Below, piece by piece: positions 17,318 to 25,039 of a stretch of 32,000 nt of DNA (position 1 is its first letter; every line of letters begins with the position of its first letter). Both the position numbers and the translations under genes were made by a program. Below the pieces are notes generated by a model. The model was given only the letters and a program-made list of their open reading frames with translations. It had not been told where the DNA came from and did no database searches. The DNA comes from Lysobacteraceae bacterium NML03-0222 (GTDB lineage Bacteria; Pseudomonadota; Gammaproteobacteria; Xanthomonadales; Xanthomonadaceae): contig NWQM01000005.1 of assembly GCA_002798195.1 (NCBI GenBank), positions 28,034 through 60,033 of the forward strand. Reading direction: 5' to 3'.

Positions 17318-18310
17318 ATGAACATCTTCAAGCTGCGTATCCATCTGCCCCTGATCCTGGGCGCTTTGGTTGCCGGTTGCGGCGGAGAAGCCGTCAAGCC
17401 CGCAGCACCGCCCCCTGTCGTGCCAAGCCCGCCGCCGAAAATCACCGTCGGGCTGGCGCTGGGCGGTGGTGCCGCCAAGGGTTTTGCCCATATTGGCGTC
17501 ATCAAGATGCTCGAAGCCAATGGCATCGAGATTGATGTGGTGGCCGGCACCAGTGCTGGCAGCGTGGTCGGCGCGCTGTATGCCAGCGGTATGAGTCCCT
17601 ACCAGATGCAGCAGCAGGCGTTTGCGCTGGATGAGGCCAATATCCGCGATGTCAGCCTGTTTTCCGGCGGCCTTCTCAAAGGCCAGAAATTGCAGGACTA
17701 CGTCAATCAGCTGCTTGGCCAGAAGCCGATGGAGCGTTTTGCAAAGCCGTTTGCCGCTGTCGCCACCCGGCTCGATAGCGGTGAGCGCACCGTGTTCGTG
17801 CGTGGCAATGCTGGTCAGGCCGTGCGCGCTTCCAGTGCGATTCCCGGCGTATTCGAGCCCGCTCCGATTGGCCGGCACCGCTATGTCGATGGCGGCATCA
17901 CCAGCCCGGTGCCAGTGGATGCTGCCCGGCAATTGGGTGCCGACATGGTGATTGCCGTGGATATCTCCAACAAAGCCGCAGGCAATCGTCCCGGCCATAT
18001 GCTGGGTATCGTCAACCAGTCCATCGTCATCATGGGGCAGCGGCTGGGCGAGGAAGAAATGAAACGTGCCGATGTCATTATCCGCCCGCGCGTAGGCAAA
18101 ATTGGCCCTGCCGATTTCGAACAAAGAAACGTCGCCATTCTGGAGGGTGAGCAGGCTGCACAGGCACTGATTCCACAAATCAAGGCGCGCATCCGTGAGC
18201 TCCAGGCTGCTCGCACTGCAGCGGCGCGTCCCAAACCCGCGCCTGCTCCGACATGTGAAAGCAGCCGCTTTGAACGATTGCTGGGACGGGATGGCTGCAG
18301 GCATGATTGA
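17318..18310 (+). CDS. patatin-like phospholipase lipoprotein (RssA/YchK-like)
   Basis: MNIFKLRIHLPLILGALVAGC is a signal peptide plus lipobox. Oxyanion motif GGGAAKG, nucleophile GTSAG, catalytic Asp in YVDGG. Starts 19 nt after the AIM24-family stop. Confidence 0.85.
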   Translation: MNIFKLRIHLPLILGALVAGCGGEAVKPAAPPPVVPSPPPKITVGLALGGGAAKGFAHIGVIKMLEANGIEIDVVAGTSAGSVVGALYASGMSPYQMQQQAFALDEANIRDVSLFSGGLLKGQKLQDYVNQLLGQKPMERFAKPFAAVATRLDSGERTVFVRGNAGQAVRASSAIPGVFEPAPIGRHRYVDGGITSPVPVDAARQLGADMVIAVDISNKAAGNRPGHMLGIVNQSIVIMGQRLGEEEMKRADVIIRPRVGKIGPADFEQRNVAILEGEQAAQALIPQIKARIRELQAARTAAARPKPAPAPTCESSRFERLLGRDGCRHD

Positions 18311-18499
18311 GGCCGTTTTTGCATGGGTTCGCACCCAACCAAGGCTTAATTTCAGCTGGTTTTCAGGCTCGTATTCAGCTTTCGGCCACCTTGTTTAACC
18401 CCTTGTTTACGGCAAACGGCAAAACCTTTCCATTCGCCAGCGTCTGCAACATCATCCCCTGCACCAGCCCCATACCGGGGTTCATGGAGAGCAGTAAAG

Positions 18500-19123
18500 A
18501 TGTTCAAGAACAACAAAACCCTCCCCCTGTTGAGCACTGCCCTGGTGGCCGCCTTGGCCTGCGGCAGCGCATTTGCACAATCGGCCAGCAACGGTCAGGC
18601 CTTTGTCCGTGGCGAAATCGGCCGCACCCATTTGGACAACCGCGATAACACCGGCCGCCTGAAAGACAATTCCTTTGTGGTTCGCGGTGGCTATATGTTC
18701 AACCCGAACGTCGGCGTGGAAGGCTTCTATGGCCGCTACTACGGCAAGAGCCACAAGTTTGCCAGCTTTGACTACAACAATGACGTGGATGGCTACGGCA
18801 TTGGCGCGGTGGGCAAGGTGCGTTTGGGCGACCAATCTGCCGATACCGGCTTCTTTGGCATGGGCCGCCTGGGCTATATGCGTTCGAGCTACAAGGCTTC
18901 CAGCCACGGCACCATTGACGGCGTGGACATCCGCCGCTCGCGCAGCACCCACAGCCACCAGCCGTACTTCGGTATCGGTGCTGGCTATGACTTCAGCCCC
19001 AACATGGGCGTGAGCCTCAACTACGACTACTTCCGTGGCAACGACACCCGTCTGCCGACCACCGGCGAAAAGCTGCGCTACAGCAATCGCACCCTGGCCG
19101 CAGGCTTTGAATACCGCTTCTAA
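18500..19123 (+). CDS. small outer-membrane beta-barrel protein (OMP_b-brl / OmpA-beta-barrel-like)
   Basis: SD GGAGAG. Signal peptide …ACGSAFA-Q. Alternating aromatic/Gly beta-strand pattern (GYMFNPNVGVEGFYG, YFGIGAGYDF, GVSLNYDYF) and C-terminal …GFEYRF with terminal Phe. Confidence 0.75.
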   Translation: MFKNNKTLPLLSTALVAALACGSAFAQSASNGQAFVRGEIGRTHLDNRDNTGRLKDNSFVVRGGYMFNPNVGVEGFYGRYYGKSHKFASFDYNNDVDGYGIGAVGKVRLGDQSADTGFFGMGRLGYMRSSYKASSHGTIDGVDIRRSRSTHSHQPYFGIGAGYDFSPNMGVSLNYDYFRGNDTRLPTTGEKLRYSNRTLAAGFEYRF

Positions 19124-19142
19124 TCCCTGCTGTTGTCAGTCC

Positions 19143-19171
19143 AAAAACGGCCATCCACGGATGGCCGTTTT
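19143..19171 (+). terminator. rho-independent terminator after the OMP gene
   Basis: AAAAACGGCCATCC-ac-GGATGGCCGTTTT: 9-10 bp stem followed by a T-run, 20 nt after the stop codon. Confidence 0.8.
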
Positions 19172-19202
19172 CATGTCCCGCTCCCACACCTTGGTCACTC
19201 CG

Positions 19203-19538
19203 ATGAAAATGCTCCCCACACTGCTGCTGTCCGGCCTGTTCCTTGCACCACTGACTGCCGGTGCAGTCGATGCCCAAACCGAACACCGTCTGGCTCGGCT
19301 GGAAACCGAAATCCGCCATCTACAGGCACGTATTCAATTACTGGAGGATGAGCGTCGTTATTACGGCCGTGCCAATAGCGATACGCTGCATGTGTGTCGA
19401 ATCAGCGCTTTCACGCGCAATTACGAAGGCGAATCCGTTCATCCGGGTATTGCCCGGCGACAGGCACAAAAAGCTTGCGAGCGCGAAAACGACGCGATGT
19501 TCTGCCGCACCGAGAATATTCGCTGTAGCCGCTACTGA
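19203..19538 (+). CDS. small secreted protein, coiled-coil plus four Cys, unknown function
   Basis: MKMLPTLLLSGLFLAPLTAGA-VDAQ is a signal peptide. The mature ~90 aa has a heptad-like stretch (RLARLETEIRHLQARIQLLEDE) and 4 Cys in the C-terminal half. No clear SD. Codon third positions are visibly less GC-rich than in neighbouring genes. Confidence 0.5.
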   Translation: MKMLPTLLLSGLFLAPLTAGAVDAQTEHRLARLETEIRHLQARIQLLEDERRYYGRANSDTLHVCRISAFTRNYEGESVHPGIARRQAQKACERENDAMFCRTENIRCSRY

Positions 19539-19548
19539 AGGCATATCA

Positions 19549-19575
19549 AGCCGCGCTGGCAGTATCGGCGCGGCT
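19549..19575. terminator. GC hairpin between convergent small ORF and kefC (weak terminator candidate)
   Basis: AGCCGCGC-11 nt-GCGCGGCT, an 8-bp stem with no U-tract. The 3' arm abuts the kefC stop. Confidence 0.3.
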
Positions 19576-21449
19576 CAATCCTTGCCTGCCGCACCATCGG
19601 CAGCGGCTGCGGGGTGGCTTTCCCCATGCAACAACTGCTGCATCAACGCCACGGTTTCGGCTTCAATCTGTCGCATTTTTTCCGCCATTTTTTCGTTGGC
19701 GTATTTAGGCATTTCCGGCTCGTGCATATCGGCCAGCGCCTGCATGCGGTATTCGCTGCGCTGGGTATACAGCTCGGCCAGTGCCTGTGCCTTGTCCGTG
19801 GCGATGCCGAGCGCCTCCAGCGCCAGCCGCGCGCTGCGCATCGACGCATCGAAGGTTTCCCGAATCACATGATCAGCTCCGGCGCGTTGCAGTTCATGAC
19901 CATGATGCAAATCGTAGGCACGGGCGATAATCGGCAGCTTGGGATAGTGGCGACGCACAAAACGGATGATTTCCACCGCGCGGCTGCGATCATCAATCGC
20001 CACGATTAACAGCTTGGCCTCATGCAGCCCGGCCGAGGCCAAGAGTTCGGGACGGTTGGCATCGCCGTAATAGGTTTTCAGACCAAAACGGGTCAGGCCA
20101 TCGACGGTTTCGGCATGGTAGTCAATCACCGTCGAGTGAAAGCCACAGGCCGCCAGCATGCTGTTGATTTGTACGCCAAAGCGGCCATGACCAAGCAGGA
20201 TGATCGGCTTGTCTTCGCCAATCTCATCATGTGGTCGCTCTGCTGTCTGCGGTCGCCGGGCACTGCGCGCGGCCAACCAGTCATACAGCAGAAACAGCAG
20301 CGGCGTGGCCACCATCGACAGCGCAATCACCAGCAGCAGACGGTCAGCAATCAGCCGCGGCAGCAAATGGCTTTGCTTGCTGATCGACAGCAGCACGAAG
20401 CCGAATTCACCCGCCTGCGCCAGACTGAACACGAACAATTTGTTGGCCGGACGCGAGAGCCGGAATATCCGCCCCAGCCCGTACAGCACCAACATCTTCA
20501 GCAGCAGAAGACCCAGGGTCAGGCCGAGAATCAGCCCGAGCTCCGCGCCCAGCAGTTTGAAATTGATACCGGCACCGACGGTGATGAAGAACAGGCCGAG
20601 AAACAGCCCTTTGAACGGCTCCAGATGGCTTTCCAGCTCATGCCGATAGGCGCTCTCGGCCAGCGCCACCCCGGCGATGAAGCTGCCAAGCGCGGGTGAG
20701 AGGCCGATGACCGCCATGAGTTCGGCGATCCCAACCACCAGCATCAGGGTGAAGATGGTGAACATCTCACGCAACCCGGTGCGGCCGATATGCCGGAATG
20801 CAGGCGGCACGATGCGGCGCACACCAAACACAATCAAGCACAGCACCAGCGCAGTGACCAGTGCTTGCAACCAGACCGGCTCACCTGCCAGCAGATTGAT
20901 GGAATGATCCACGCCCTCGGCCTTGGCCGCAGCGCCGGCAGCCCCGAGCAACGGCAACAGCGCCAGCATCGGAATCGCCGCCACATCCTGAAACAGCAGC
21001 ACCATGAAGCTGGATTGCCCGCCCTGGCTGGACAGCAGCCCCTTCTCGCCCAGCGTTTGCAACACAATCGCCGTGGAGGACAGCGCCAAAATGCAGCCCG
21101 CTGCCACTCCAACCTGCCAACTCTGCCCCAGCAGCATCGCCATCAGGGCAATCAATGCCACCGTCAGTCCGACCTGCAAGCCGCCAAGGCCAAGCAATTT
21201 GTGCCGCAAGGCCCACAATTTGTGCGGTGCCAGCTCCAGCCCGACCAGAAACAGCATCATCACCACACCAAACTCGGCCACCTGCTGGATGCTTTCCACC
21301 TCCTTGCCAACCAGTCCCAACACTGGGCCGATGGTAATCCCGGCCATCAGATAGCCCAGCACCGAACCCAGTCCGAAGCGCTTGGAAACCAACACCGCAG
21401 CCACGGCGGCAAACAGATAGATGAAGGCGTAAAACAGAATTTGGGTCAT
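19575..21449 (-). CDS. kefC: glutathione-regulated K+ efflux / CPA2 antiporter, KefB/KefC family
   Basis: Start at ATG 21449 (MTQILFYAFIYL…RFGLGSVLGYLMAGITIGP). About 12 TM helices, then a KTN/RCK domain (ILLGHGRFG…). 624 aa, similar in length and N-terminus to E. coli KefC. Confidence 0.88.
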   Translation of the reverse strand: MTQILFYAFIYLFAAVAAVLVSKRFGLGSVLGYLMAGITIGPVLGLVGKEVESIQQVAEFGVVMMLFLVGLELAPHKLWALRHKLLGLGGLQVGLTVALIALMAMLLGQSWQVGVAAGCILALSSTAIVLQTLGEKGLLSSQGGQSSFMVLLFQDVAAIPMLALLPLLGAAGAAAKAEGVDHSINLLAGEPVWLQALVTALVLCLIVFGVRRIVPPAFRHIGRTGLREMFTIFTLMLVVGIAELMAVIGLSPALGSFIAGVALAESAYRHELESHLEPFKGLFLGLFFITVGAGINFKLLGAELGLILGLTLGLLLLKMLVLYGLGRIFRLSRPANKLFVFSLAQAGEFGFVLLSISKQSHLLPRLIADRLLLVIALSMVATPLLFLLYDWLAARSARRPQTAERPHDEIGEDKPIILLGHGRFGVQINSMLAACGFHSTVIDYHAETVDGLTRFGLKTYYGDANRPELLASAGLHEAKLLIVAIDDRSRAVEIIRFVRRHYPKLPIIARAYDLHHGHELQRAGADHVIRETFDASMRSARLALEALGIATDKAQALAELYTQRSEYRMQALADMHEPEMPKYANEKMAEKMRQIEAETVALMQQLLHGESHPAAAADGAAGKD

Positions 21450-21568
21450 GAAACACTCTCGGCAACAGCCGCGACAGGATAGCCAAGGCAGTGGCATGAG
21501 GAATAAGTCTGTGCAGGATTGGTGCCATGCTTTTGCCGCATCCCCTGCTCTGGCACTAGAATCAGCTC

Positions 21569-22459
21569 ATGAACAGCACACCCCGCCGCGTAGAAAACAT
21601 CATTACTGACAAGGGCAAAGTACCGGTATATGCCACCGGCGTTGTCGAGCAGCCTTGGGACGATTACAGCGCCGAAGAACACGACACCTGGCGCACCCTG
21701 TACCTGCGTCAGCGTGCGCTTTTGGTCGGTCGCGCCGCCGATGAATTTCTCGCCGCGCAGGATGCGATGGGCATGAGCGAAGCGGCCATCCCCAAATTCA
21801 GCGACATCAACCAGGCACTGCAAAAGGCCACCGGCTGGCAAATCATCGGCGTGGAAGGCCTGCTGCCAGAGCTGGACTTCTTTGACCACCTGGCCAATCG
21901 CCGTTTTCCGGTGACCTGGTGGATTCGCCGCCCGGATCAAATCGACTATATCGAAGAACCCGACCTGTTCCACGACCTGTTTGGTCATGTGCCGCTGCTG
22001 ATGCTGCCGGTGTTTGCCGATTACATGGAAGCCTATGGCCGCGGCGGCGTGAAGGCGCATGGCATCGGCCCGGAAGCCCTGATGCACCTGACCCGGCTGT
22101 ACTGGTACACGGTGGAGTTTGGCCTGATTCAACAGGCTGACGGCCTGCGCATCTATGGCGCCGGGATTGTTTCTTCCAAGGGGGAAAGCCTGTATTCGCT
22201 GGAATCGGATGCACCCAACCGCATCGGTTTCGATCTTGAGCGCATCATGCGCACCCGCTATCGCATCGACACCTATCAAAAGACCTATTTCGTCATCGAC
22301 AGCTTCGAGCAGCTGATGAACGCCACGCGTCCGGACTTCACGCCTATTTACGCGCGCGTCGCCAGTCTGCCTGCCATCCCCGCAGGTGATGTGCTGGAAG
22401 GCGACAAAGTCATCCAGCGTGGCAGCGGTGAAGGCTGGGCCACCGATGCTGATGTTTAA
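21569..22459 (+). CDS. phhA: phenylalanine 4-monooxygenase (pterin-dependent)
   Basis: HLANRRFPVTWWIRRP…EPDLFHDLFGHVPLL…RLYWYTVEFGL…YGAGIVSSKGE…QKTYFVIDSF. These are the iron-binding His/His/Glu region and overall pattern of bacterial PAH. From memory it closely resembles the Chromobacterium violaceum enzyme. Confidence 0.92.
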   Translation: MNSTPRRVENIITDKGKVPVYATGVVEQPWDDYSAEEHDTWRTLYLRQRALLVGRAADEFLAAQDAMGMSEAAIPKFSDINQALQKATGWQIIGVEGLLPELDFFDHLANRRFPVTWWIRRPDQIDYIEEPDLFHDLFGHVPLLMLPVFADYMEAYGRGGVKAHGIGPEALMHLTRLYWYTVEFGLIQQADGLRIYGAGIVSSKGESLYSLESDAPNRIGFDLERIMRTRYRIDTYQKTYFVIDSFEQLMNATRPDFTPIYARVASLPAIPAGDVLEGDKVIQRGSGEGWATDADV

Positions 22460-22564
22460 TCGCCTCAAGAATCTATTCAAAAATTCCAAACAGATTCTTA
22501 CAACTATTTGAATTAAAAATATTTTATTCTTGAAAATCTATTCATGTCTTGATTCAATCAAGGC
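22460..22564 (+). promoter_or_regulatory. AT-rich (28 G+C of 105 nt by my count) leader/promoter region with multiple repeats upstream of the HipA-like gene
   Basis: Direct repeat AATCTATTCA at 22470-22479 and 22535-22544. Inverted repeat AAGAATCT (22467-22474) / AGATTCTT (22492-22499). Perfect 15-nt palindrome CTTGATTcAATCAAG at 22548-22562, ending 2 nt before the ATG. Confidence 0.6.
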
Positions 22565-23944
22565 ATGAACACCGATGCCCGCCAACAAGCACTTGTTTCC
22601 TGGTTGCGTCACCATGGCCCAGCCAGTGCGCGCGCCATCGCCACCGCGCTCGGTGTCAGCCAGCCCACGGTTTCACGGCTGATCCAGCGCACGCCGGAAG
22701 TCATCACCATCGGACAGGCGCGTGCCACCCGCTATGCACTGGCACATACACTGGAACGCGAAGGCAGCCGCTGGCCGCTGTACCGGCTTAACGCCAACGC
22801 GCGTCCGGAGTGTCTGGGTGAGTTGCAAGCCCTACACGGCGGGGGCTTCCATTTCCAGCCGGATCAGCCGCTACCTGCCTTCACCCACGGCGATTTCCAC
22901 AATGGCCTGTATCCGGGGCTGCCATGGTTCCTGGATGACCTCCGCCCACAGGGCTTTCTGGGACGCGCTTTCGCAAGGCGTGTAGCCCGCCAGATTGGCG
23001 CAGCCCCCGACCTCACGCTTTGGCGCAGCGATGACATCGTGCGCGCTCTGCTGCAGTCTGGCGAGGATTTGCCCGGCGACCTGATTCTGGGCGATGAGGC
23101 ATTGCAGACAGCGATGCACGCAGTATTGCAGCCTGCACATATCATCAATGTTGCCGATGCTCCTCTGGCCTTTGCAGAACAAGCTGAAAACGCCCTGCGT
23201 GGCGAAGCCATCGGCTCATCCGCAGGTGGCGAGCAGCCCAAATTCACCGCAACCGTGCGCGAGGACGATGGACAGCTATATCCATCCATTATCAAATTCA
23301 GTGAGCACCATGACAGCGCTGCCGGCAGGCGCTGGGCCGATTTGCTTGCCTGCGAGCAATTGGCCGCGCAATTGTTGCGGCAACACGGCATCCCGGCCAG
23401 CCACAACCGCCTGCTCCAATACCAGGGACGCACTTTTCTGCAAGTACGGCGTTTTGACCGCAGCACCAATGGCGGGCGCCGCGGCTTTATCTCACTGGCG
23501 GCCGTGGATGCGGCGTTCTACGGCCATGGCCGCATCGACTGGTGGCGTTTTGCCGATGAGCTGCATCGTGATGGCTGGATCAGCGCCAATGATGCCCAAA
23601 AACTGCGCATCATTGGTTGGTTTGGCACGCTGATTGGCAATAGCGACATGCATCTGGGCAATGCCGGATTGATGCTCGGCAACGAGCGGCCATTGCCGCT
23701 GGCACCGGTTTACGACATGCTGCCGATGCTCTGGCGCCCGAGCACGCATGGCGAGGTGGTGGCACGGGACTTCCAGATTGCGCTCCCCAGCCCGCAGCAC
23801 CTTGAAGATTGGCGCAGAGCCGCGCAAATGGCGCTGGCGTTCTGGCAGCAGGCACAAGCGTTGGCAGCTCTGTCGCAAAATTTCCGCGATATTGCCGCAG
23901 ATTGTGAAGCCCGCCTGCATCAGGCCATCAATCATTTTGGCTGA
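22565..23944 (+). CDS. yjjJ: HipA-family Ser/Thr kinase with fused N-terminal HTH (YjjJ/HipH type, monocistronic toxin-like kinase)
   Basis: N-terminal HTH (SARAIATALGVSQPTVSRLIQ), LPWFLDDLRPQGFLGRAFA, P-loop-like GSSAGGEQPKF, and catalytic-loop-like LIGNSDMHLGN plus YDMLPM. No separate hipB-like ORF lies upstream. Confidence 0.8.
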   Translation: MNTDARQQALVSWLRHHGPASARAIATALGVSQPTVSRLIQRTPEVITIGQARATRYALAHTLEREGSRWPLYRLNANARPECLGELQALHGGGFHFQPDQPLPAFTHGDFHNGLYPGLPWFLDDLRPQGFLGRAFARRVARQIGAAPDLTLWRSDDIVRALLQSGEDLPGDLILGDEALQTAMHAVLQPAHIINVADAPLAFAEQAENALRGEAIGSSAGGEQPKFTATVREDDGQLYPSIIKFSEHHDSAAGRRWADLLACEQLAAQLLRQHGIPASHNRLLQYQGRTFLQVRRFDRSTNGGRRGFISLAAVDAAFYGHGRIDWWRFADELHRDGWISANDAQKLRIIGWFGTLIGNSDMHLGNAGLMLGNERPLPLAPVYDMLPMLWRPSTHGEVVARDFQIALPSPQHLEDWRRAAQMALAFWQQAQALAALSQNFRDIAADCEARLHQAINHFG

Positions 23945-24010
23945 TGGATCCGCATCTGCCGGGGCGGCTGCAACCGTTACAATGGCCGCCTCGCCTTTTG
24001 GAGCCCGATC

Positions 24011-25039
24011 ATGCCTCAAGACCACGCCCCGGTGCCATTAACCCGGTTTCTGATTGAAGAAGAACGCCAAGGCCATATCAACGCGCAGCTGCGCCTGCTG
24101 ATTGAAGTGGTCGCACGCGCCTGCAAGCGCATCTCGGTATCGGTGGGCAAAGGGGCATTGGGCGGTGTTCTGGGCGATGCCGGTACCGGCAATATCCAAG
24201 GCGAAGCACAGAAGAAGCTCGACGTAATCGCCAACGACGTGCTGCTGGAAGCCAATGCCTGGGGCGGCCATCTGGCCGGGGTTGCCTCCGAGGAAATGGA
24301 TCACAGCCAGCCCATCCCCGATGCCCATCCGCGCGGCAATTACCTGCTGCTGTTCGATCCGCTCGATGGCAGCTCCAATATCGACGTGAACGTCTCGATT
24401 GGCACCATCTTCTCGGTGCTGCGCTGTCCAGAAGGCGTCACCGTGCCCGAAGACAAACACTTCCTGCAGCCCGGCCGCGAGCAAGTCGCCGCTGGCTACT
24501 GTGTGTACGGCCCTGCAACCACGCTGATTCTGACCATCGGCCACGGCGTGCACCAATTCACCCTGGATCGCGAACAGGGCAGCTTCGTGCTCACCCAGCG
24601 CAATATGACGGTGCCGGAAGACACCAAGGAATTCGCCATCAACATGTCCAACAAGCGGCATTGGGAAGCGCCGATGCAGCAATACGTGGACGATTTGCTG
24701 ATCGGCAAGGAAGGCCCGCGCGGCAAGGATTTCAACATGCGCTGGATTGCCTCGATGGTGGCCGATGTGCATCGTATCCTGACCCGTGGCGGCATCTTCA
24801 TCTACCCCTGGGACAAAAAAGACCCCGGCAAGCCCGGCAAACTGCGCCTGATGTACGAGGCCAACCCGATGAGCTTCCTCATCGAACAGGCCGGAGGCGC
24901 CGCCACCAACGGACGTCAGCGCATCATGGATATCGAGCCTTCCGAGCTGCACCAGCGCGTGCCGGTGTTCCTAGGCTCGAAGAACGAAGTGGCTGAAGCC
25001 ACCCGCTATCACCGCGACCACGACGCCAAGGCGCAATGA
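24011..25039 (+). CDS. fbp: class 1 fructose-1,6-bisphosphatase
   Basis: SD GGAG 7 nt upstream. …LTRFLIEE…[13 protein letters not shown]…ASEEMD…[15 protein letters not shown]…GTIFS…YGP…[15 protein letters not shown]…GGIFIYP… are classic Fbp motifs. Confidence 0.92.
   Translation: MPQDHAPVPLTRFLIEEERQGHINAQLRLLIEVVARACKRISVSVGKGALGGVLGDAGTGNIQGEAQKKLDVIANDVLLEANAWGGHLAGVASEEMDHSQPIPDAHPRGNYLLLFDPLDGSSNIDVNVSIGTIFSVLRCPEGVTVPEDKHFLQPGREQVAAGYCVYGPATTLILTIGHGVHQFTLDREQGSFVLTQRNMTVPEDTKEFAINMSNKRHWEAPMQQYVDDLLIGKEGPRGKDFNMRWIASMVADVHRILTRGGIFIYPWDKKDPGKPGKLRLMYEANPMSFLIEQAGGAATNGRQRIMDIEPSELHQRVPVFLGSKNEVAEATRYHRDHDAKAQ

Noticed and set aside
17318-18310. Patatin gene as a CBASS CapV-type phage-defence effector
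   Set aside because: No CD-NTase/cyclase, E1/E2/JAB or other CBASS genes are nearby. The protein has a lipoprotein signal peptide, so it is exported, unlike cytoplasmic CapV effectors.
17096-18334. 412-aa minus-strand ORF antisense to the patatin gene, and the 240-aa ORF 16515-17237 antisense to the AIM24-family gene
   Set aside because: There are no domain-like motifs. Both overlap genes with clear catalytic motifs or signal peptides on the other strand. These are high-GC antisense artefacts.
18324-18337. TGGGTTCGCACCCA resembling a tRNA T-arm (possible tRNA or att-site remnant)
   Set aside because: The loop is 6 nt rather than 7. There is no acceptor, D or anticodon arm that I can fold around it, and no integrase or direct repeat nearby.
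19035-19202. Upstream extension of the small secreted-protein ORF (track start 19035, or ATG 19173)
   Set aside because: It would read through the 3' end of the OMP gene and straight across its terminator hairpin. The signal peptide only makes sense from MKMLPTLLL (19203).
21446-22489. 347-aa minus-strand ORF antisense to phhA, and the 304-aa ORF 24038-24952 antisense to fbp
   Set aside because: The opposite-strand genes are unambiguous (PhhA, Fbp). The antisense translations have no recognisable features.
22549-22561. TTGATTCAATCAA upstream of the HipA-like gene as an FNR/CRP-family site
   Set aside because: The half-sites are separated by 3 nt rather than the 4 nt (FNR) or 6 nt (CRP) spacing. 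It is better explained as an operator for the gene's own HTH domain.
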